Shown: positions 27,292 through 32,000 of the stretch, piece after piece
How the letters are laid out: each line of letters opens with the position of its first letter
Numbering within the stretch: position 1 is the stretch's first letter
NCBI GenBank assembly: GCA_050251055.1
Contig: JBFWNL010000002.1
Span: forward strand, 223,814-255,813
Direction of reading: 5' to 3'
DNA length: 32,000 nt
Source: Bacteriovoracia bacterium
GTDB taxonomy: Bacteria > Bdellovibrionota > UBA1018 > JBFWNL01
Made by a program: the position numbers and the translations under genes
The notes under the pieces: generated by a model
Told to the model about the DNA's origin: nothing
What the model saw: the letters and a program-made list of their open reading frames with translations, nothing else
Databases searched by the model: none

Positions 27292-28190
27292 TTGAAAAAC
27301 ACCCCGAGACGCGCGCCCAGCACGTAAGGCGTAACCCCGTTCAAGTCCTTAAACAGGATCCCGGCCCGAAACCCCAAGTCTATATTCAAGGCGGTCGTCC
27401 GCAGCAGCTGTAGGCCCCCGCCACCACCGAGCACGAAACCCACGGTGCTGACTTCCGCGATTCCCATCCCGAAATCCGCGGATACGTATGGAGTGGTGCC
27501 ACGATCCGAGAAAAAGTAACGCCCGCCAATGCCAAAATCGACGAGGCTCGCGCGACTGAGGCTAGCCCAGTTCAAACCAATCGAGATCATCCAATCGTTG
27601 AGATCCCACGCGTAAGCGCCCGACAAGTAGTAAGCCAAGCCGGAATTCGCCGAAGACTTGAGATAGGCCGGGCCGAGGCCGAAATAATAACCCTTGCGCG
27701 CCGAGCGACGGTTTTGGCCCGCGGTGACTTCCGTTTCGGTCACGTCGCCCACGCGGGCGTCCGCGGCCGGCGCGACCTCGTTGATCACGGCCCGGGTTAA
27801 GCGCGATCCCACCTGATCGAGATCTTCGATGCGGGCCGCTTTCATCTGGGCGGAATAAGCCACCTTGCCGTCGCGAATTTTCTCCAAGGTCATGACGTAG
27901 GCGCCACCCAACCTCAAAAGCCGCGGGCGCAGACGATACTGCGACTCGCCGGCCTCGGAAACCGCGCGGTGCGAACCACTGCTCGCCACGGCGACGCGGA
28001 CGAGCTCGGTGGTGGCGTCCAGATCGCTGCTAGGAACTCCCGCGCCGGTGGCGCGCTCGACGAAAATTTCGTCGGCTAACCCCGGAACGCCGTCGAAAAC
28101 ATGGTATGTAGCGAGAATGCCGATCGCGAAAAAAAAGCTGAACCTTCTCCGATACGCCCTGTTTTTCTGGTTTTTCATGAGTGCCCCCAT
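27288..28190 (-). CDS. Exported protein with N-terminal soluble domain and C-terminal barrel-like domain
   Basis: 'MGALMKNQKNRAYRRRFSFFFAIGILATYHVFDGVPGLA' signal, glycine-rich strands 'VSADFGMGIAEVSTVGFVLGGGGGLQLL', C-terminal 'GARLGVFFN'. Alternative start is the ATG at 28178. Confidence 0.7.
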   Translation of the reverse strand: MGALMKNQKNRAYRRRFSFFFAIGILATYHVFDGVPGLADEIFVERATGAGVPSSDLDATTELVRVAVASSGSHRAVSEAGESQYRLRPRLLRLGGAYVMTLEKIRDGKVAYSAQMKAARIEDLDQVGSRLTRAVINEVAPAADARVGDVTETEVTAGQNRRSARKGYYFGLGPAYLKSSANSGLAYYLSGAYAWDLNDWMISIGLNWASLSRASLVDFGIGGRYFFSDRGTTPYVSADFGMGIAEVSTVGFVLGGGGGLQLLRTTALNIDLGFRAGILFKDLNGVTPYVLGARLGVFFN

Positions 28191-28746
28191 TCTTGCGGAG
28201 GAACCCGGTAAAGTCAATTTACAGCGGCTCGCGATCAATCAAAAAGGCATGCTGGTACTCGGCGGGTGGGCGCTAGGCAATATCGCCACGGGCTTGGCGA
28301 TGCAAGGCAACGCAACCCAAGCCGACCACTACTTTCACCAAATGAACGTCCTTTGGAACACAGTGAATTTTGGATTGGCCACGTGGGGATACCTTCAGAA
28401 TCGAAACGAAGACGTCTCGAACTACACCTTGCGCCAGACCATCGAGAAAAATGAGGAAGTGCAGGGCGTCTTGCTCCTAAACGCCGGATTGGACGTAGCC
28501 TACATGGCCACGGGGGTGTGGCTCCATTCGCGTGGCGATCACGCGGGCGAAACCTTCGAATCCCAAGCCAAATGGCGAGGCTACGGACGCTCCCTGATCT
28601 TGCAGGGTGCATTTCTCTTGGTATTCGACGTCACCCTTTACCTCGTCCACCGGGGGAACCACCAGTCTTGGCTCGAAAGTGCTTTTGGAAAAACCACGGC
28701 CTTTCGGATCCAGCCAGACAGCATAACCTATAGTTTTTACTACTGA
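28117..28746 (+). CDS. Membrane-associated protein, DUF6992-like
   Basis: Signal-like MPIAKKKLNLLRYALFFWFFMSAPILAEE. Body 'GMLVLGGWALGNIATGLA...FHQMNVLWNTVNFGLATWGY...LLLNAGLDVAYMATGVWL'. Family name from memory of the pattern, not searched. Confidence 0.65.
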   Translation: MPIAKKKLNLLRYALFFWFFMSAPILAEEPGKVNLQRLAINQKGMLVLGGWALGNIATGLAMQGNATQADHYFHQMNVLWNTVNFGLATWGYLQNRNEDVSNYTLRQTIEKNEEVQGVLLLNAGLDVAYMATGVWLHSRGDHAGETFESQAKWRGYGRSLILQGAFLLVFDVTLYLVHRGNHQSWLESAFGKTTAFRIQPDSITYSFYY

Positions 28747-28777
28747 TTTTTATTACTTCCCCACGCCAAATCCCCAT

Positions 28778-28807
28778 TTGACGCTTCGCAGGCCTATCAT
28801 TTATATA
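28778..28807 (+). promoter_or_regulatory. Candidate sigma70 promoter TTGACG-N18-TATATA
   Basis: Hexamers and spacing read directly, 25 nt before the ATG at 28833. Confidence 0.5.
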
Positions 28808-28832
28808 GCAGCGCAACAGGGAGACGTTCGTT

Positions 28833-30182
28833 ATGAAATTCAGTTCACTTTTGATCCTGGCCACGAGCCTAGGTTTGTCCATCGCGCATGCCGACGAAAG
28901 AAAACTCTACGTCGGCAAGAACGCCACCGAGGCCTATCTGAACTTCCGCCACACCGTGGAAATCAATAGCCCCCGGGCCAATGAAGATGACGCCTACGAG
29001 GCGATCGAAGACCAGCTCCAGCACCTATTCGGCACCATGGCCGTCGCGGACCTGAAAGCCGTGCCGCGCGGGGCGCACGAGATCACCGATGTCCAGCTCT
29101 CGGTGAAGGACGGCAAGAAAACGATCGTAAGTTATCAGTATCGGGGTCTCATCGTGGTCGAACTCGCGAAAAGAGAAACTCCGGAGGCACCGCTAAAATC
29201 CTACACGGTGATCCTGCCGAACAATCCCGCGACGATTTATCGTTCGGCGATGGTGGGACGCTACAACCCCTGTACCGACGAGCACTATCAAGAAGAAGGC
29301 GATTTCTGGTATTTCTGGTCCCCGGCGCCGGCTAACCCGAAATGCCGACTGAAGGAGTGGGTGCACTACCGGAAAGTCACGGGCTCCCTCCAGAGAATCA
29401 AGAATACCACGCGCAGCTTCCCCGAATACGAACGGCTCACGTCAGCCGATGGCGTACTGCGTATTTCGCTGCTCATGGGCATGGATGATCCGGATTTGAA
29501 CCGCGATCCGAATGTCTCGGACGACGAGAACGCCCTGAACTTCCGGCCCATCAAAGCTTCGCTGCTCGAGCGCGGCTACCGCTCGCGCATCTGGTCCGGG
29601 TCCGAAATCAATCAGGTGGTGCCCGACCGGGCGGCAAACGATCGCGTCTACGTGGAAGAGTTCACGAAAACTTTCACCCGCAACGAAGTGACCCGCGCGA
29701 TCCGTCTGCGGATCTTCTTCGGACCGTCGGGCATTGACGAGGACAGCCGCAGCTTTCATTACTTCTTCAAGGACTCGCTCGCGAACGAGGCGATCATGAT
29801 GTACGACGGCCATAGCGGCCTGGGCGGGCACTTGGATCTGGCGGCGATCGAAGACCAGCACGGTTTCGAGTTCGCGCCGAACCAAAAGCAGTATCAGATC
29901 TACTTCTTCAATAGCTGCAGCTCGTACACGTACTATAACAGCATGTACTTCGGCCGAAAGAAGACCCAAACGGACCCCAAGGGAACGAAGAACCTCGACG
30001 TGCTCAATAACGGGCTCTCGACGTACTTCTCCGTCATGCACGACACGAACATGGCGCTCGTCCGGGCGGTGGAAGCCTGGGTCGAGACCGGCACGCGCGT
30101 GTCTTACCAAACGCTCGCCAACCAGATCGACAGCGACAACCTGTTTAGCGTCAATGGCGATGAAGACAACCCGAAGGAGTAA
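28833..30182 (+). CDS. Exported protein with possible clan-CD-like His/Cys dyad, unknown family
   Basis: Signal peptide MKFSSLLILATSLGLSIAHA. 'AIMMYDGHSGLGG' (His327, codon 29811-29813) and 'YQIYFFNSCSSYTYY' (Cys362, codon 29916-29918). Confidence 0.75.
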   Translation: MKFSSLLILATSLGLSIAHADERKLYVGKNATEAYLNFRHTVEINSPRANEDDAYEAIEDQLQHLFGTMAVADLKAVPRGAHEITDVQLSVKDGKKTIVSYQYRGLIVVELAKRETPEAPLKSYTVILPNNPATIYRSAMVGRYNPCTDEHYQEEGDFWYFWSPAPANPKCRLKEWVHYRKVTGSLQRIKNTTRSFPEYERLTSADGVLRISLLMGMDDPDLNRDPNVSDDENALNFRPIKASLLERGYRSRIWSGSEINQVVPDRAANDRVYVEEFTKTFTRNEVTRAIRLRIFFGPSGIDEDSRSFHYFFKDSLANEAIMMYDGHSGLGGHLDLAAIEDQHGFEFAPNQKQYQIYFFNSCSSYTYYNSMYFGRKKTQTDPKGTKNLDVLNNGLSTYFSVMHDTNMALVRAVEAWVETGTRVSYQTLANQIDSDNLFSVNGDEDNPKE

Positions 30183-31785
30183 ACTCCTTCTCGCGTCATC
30201 CCTGATTTGGCTCGGCGGCGCCGTCCACCTCACCGTGGCCGCGGCGCCGCCCGCGTCAACGCCACCCACGCCCACGCGCTGGGAGCTTGCCGTTCTTTTC
30301 ATCGAATCGGGTGGCCCCGGGGCCCCGAACCGGGACGTCGACCCCGCCTTCCAGTCCGACATCGACCGGAACGTGATGGAGCTAGGCCGGATCGTCCCGA
30401 ACGAAAACCTACGCTTATCGATCTACCGGGAGTTCGCGGACCGCGCCGTTGAATATTTCGTGGACCCCGCCTCTGCCGAGCTGACGAACTGGGATCCGCT
30501 CTTTGCCCGGTCTCCCCTGCCCGGTTGGCAGGTGCCCGGAGGCTTCACGGTAACCCCGCGAAGCTCCCAAACGCCCACCCGCTTGCGGGAAAGGGAAGCT
30601 CTGCAGCGATTTTTCGCGCGCGCTTATCCGGACCCCTCCGCCAAGCGCGTCTTAGTGATTTACGCCCACGGCCTGGCGTTCGACGGGCTGCAGGTCATTC
30701 GCTTGAACGCGCTCAAAAAACAGCTGGCCGCCGCCCTCGCGGAGCGTTCGCTCGACATTCTTTGGCTGGATTCCTGTTTCATGGCGAACCTAGAAGCCCA
30801 GCTCGAGCTCGCCCCGCTCGCGCGCTACATCCTGGCGTCGGAAGAAGCCGAGTTTTCCGCCGGCACCCCATTCGACATCTTTCGTACGCTGGCGGCCGGC
30901 CCCGCCGACGTCGAGAAAGTCGCGATCGACTTCGCCACTCGTTTCATCGAAACCTATTCTTATTTGAAGCAAGGAAGCCAACGCCGCGCCGTCGAACGCA
31001 GCTCCGCCACGCTCAGCGTGGTGGATACGACCCGCTTGCGGGCGACCGTGCCCCTTTGGCAAACCTTGGCGCGGGAGCTCGGGCCGACGCGCCTGGGCGG
31101 CGAAGCCAAACGCGTGCTCAATCAGCAACTCGCCGCGAACCGGATGGAACGGCCTGACTTAGTCGACGCAGGTTCGATGCTACTCGCCGTGCGCCGGCTG
31201 AAACAATGGCCAAGCGAGGCCAAGCCCGCGATCGCCAAATCAGCGGACGCCCTGATTGAGACGATGGAACTCGCGCAGGCGGGAAAATTACATACGAATC
31301 CCCGCATTCACGTGGTCGCACCCAGGAAGGACACCACGCTCGTGTTCGGTTTCGAGGACTGGACGCGCGGGCACCGGGACGACACCGAGACACTGAAAAA
31401 AATTCCCCGCTCTATGCAACCCGCGACATTTGTCGGCGGTCCCGCCGACCGCGACTGGCCCGGCTTGACTGTGAATCAGGAACGTTACCTCACGCCGTTC
31501 GCGCCCGGGCTTCGGGAGTTCAGCTACTTTTTTGTCGACTCCCTCACCCTTCGTTTGCTCAGTGAACCGCAGTCCGTGACCCGCGACCGCGATTATGTGA
31601 TCTTCGCGGCGACCCATCCTGACAACCCCGTGCTTTTCGCCGGTTATACCCAGGGCATCGGCAAAACCGCCGAGCGTTACACGGGGTTGAATATGCTCGA
31701 CCCCACTTTAGGGATTACTTCCATTCACTACCTGGATACCGAGTTCTTCCGTCAAACCCACTGGGGCAGCTTCCCCCAACCGTAG
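30154..31785 (+). CDS. Clostripain-like (C11, clan CD) exported cysteine peptidase homolog
   Basis: 'KRVLVIYAHGLAFDGLQV' (His, codon 30667-30669), 'RSLDILWLDSCFMANLEAQLELAPLARYILASEEAEFSAG' (Cys, codon 30775-30777). Signal peptide MKTTRRSKLLLASSLIWLGGAVHLTVAA, possibly from the ATG at 30160. Confidence 0.78.
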   Translation: MAMKTTRRSKLLLASSLIWLGGAVHLTVAAAPPASTPPTPTRWELAVLFIESGGPGAPNRDVDPAFQSDIDRNVMELGRIVPNENLRLSIYREFADRAVEYFVDPASAELTNWDPLFARSPLPGWQVPGGFTVTPRSSQTPTRLREREALQRFFARAYPDPSAKRVLVIYAHGLAFDGLQVIRLNALKKQLAAALAERSLDILWLDSCFMANLEAQLELAPLARYILASEEAEFSAGTPFDIFRTLAAGPADVEKVAIDFATRFIETYSYLKQGSQRRAVERSSATLSVVDTTRLRATVPLWQTLARELGPTRLGGEAKRVLNQQLAANRMERPDLVDAGSMLLAVRRLKQWPSEAKPAIAKSADALIETMELAQAGKLHTNPRIHVVAPRKDTTLVFGFEDWTRGHRDDTETLKKIPRSMQPATFVGGPADRDWPGLTVNQERYLTPFAPGLREFSYFFVDSLTLRLLSEPQSVTRDRDYVIFAATHPDNPVLFAGYTQGIGKTAERYTGLNMLDPTLGITSIHYLDTEFFRQTHWGSFPQP

Positions 31786-31792
31786 CGAATTG

Positions 31793-31830
31793 CAACAAGC
31801 TGGGCCGACGCGCGCCGTCGCAACTTGTTG
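31793..31830. repeat. Nested inverted repeat CAACAAG...CGACG-cgcgc-CGTCG...CTTGTTG
   Basis: Outer 7-bp arms (31793-31799 / 31824-31830) and inner 5-bp arms (31806-31810 / 31816-31820), 8 nt after the C11-like stop codon. Confidence 0.5.
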
Positions 31831-31893
31831 ATATATTTACGATTAGACGATGGCACCCCCCTTGCTCTACACTTAAGCAACAAGGAGAACCTT

Positions 31894-32000
31894 ATGCAAT
31901 CCAAACTGATTCCCACCCTGCTGCTAGCGATTTTCACGGCCTTCCCGTTGGCTTCGGCCCGCGCCGATGATGCTCCGGCCGTTCCGCCGCAAGCCGAGGT
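31894..32000 (+). CDS. Exported protein, 3'-truncated at window edge
   Basis: aaggag RBS, then MQSKLIPTLLLAIFTAFPLASARADDAPAVPPQAE. Confidence 0.7.
   Translation, partial: MQSKLIPTLLLAIFTAFPLASARADDAPAVPPQAE

Noticed and set aside
29442-30362. 306-aa minus-strand ORF over the cysteine-peptidase pair
   Set aside because: Antisense frame spanning two genes, no signal peptide or recognisable motif.
28833-31785. Gasdermin-type or caspase-based anti-phage defence system
   Set aside because: Both dyad proteins have export signals and there is no adjacent pore-forming, nucleotide-binding or sensor gene, so an intracellular defence role is not supported.
1-32000. CRISPR array, integron, transposon, phage genes, tRNA or rRNA
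   Set aside because: None seen: no regularly spaced identical repeats, transposase or integrase motifs, tRNA cloverleaf or rRNA signature.

Overview
This is a roughly 60% GC window, judged by eye, from a Gram-negative genome. The density of signal peptides, lipoproteins and beta-barrels suggests Bdellovibrionota or another deltaproteobacterial-type lineage, but that is inference. I found no rRNA, tRNA, CRISPR array, transposase or phage genes. The window holds about 24 genes, nearly all encoding envelope or secreted proteins. They include: a DUF1501-like protein next to a giant lipoprotein in which two cytochrome-c-like domains flank an Ig-like repeat array; a DUF1275 membrane protein; an exported pentapeptide-repeat protein; and a tightly coupled trio of an unknown exported protein, an active-looking subtilase lipoprotein and a subtilase-fold lipoprotein that has lost catalytic Asp and His. 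Further along are a barrel protein, a PHP-domain lipoprotein and an LptF/G-type permease in one operon; a DUF4360 protein; a beta-helix lipoprotein; an orphan OmpR-type response regulator; an RND pump plus TolC pair with no adaptor gene; a KP-43-like subtilase; and a cluster of small outer-membrane proteins. The window ends with two adjacent exported proteins that carry clan-CD-like His/Cys dyads, one of them clostripain (C11)-like. The observations I rate highest are the pseudo-subtilase next to an intact subtilase, the paired clan-CD-like genes, a 23-bp palindrome over the tolC start, and dyads sitting in promoter or intergenic regions.
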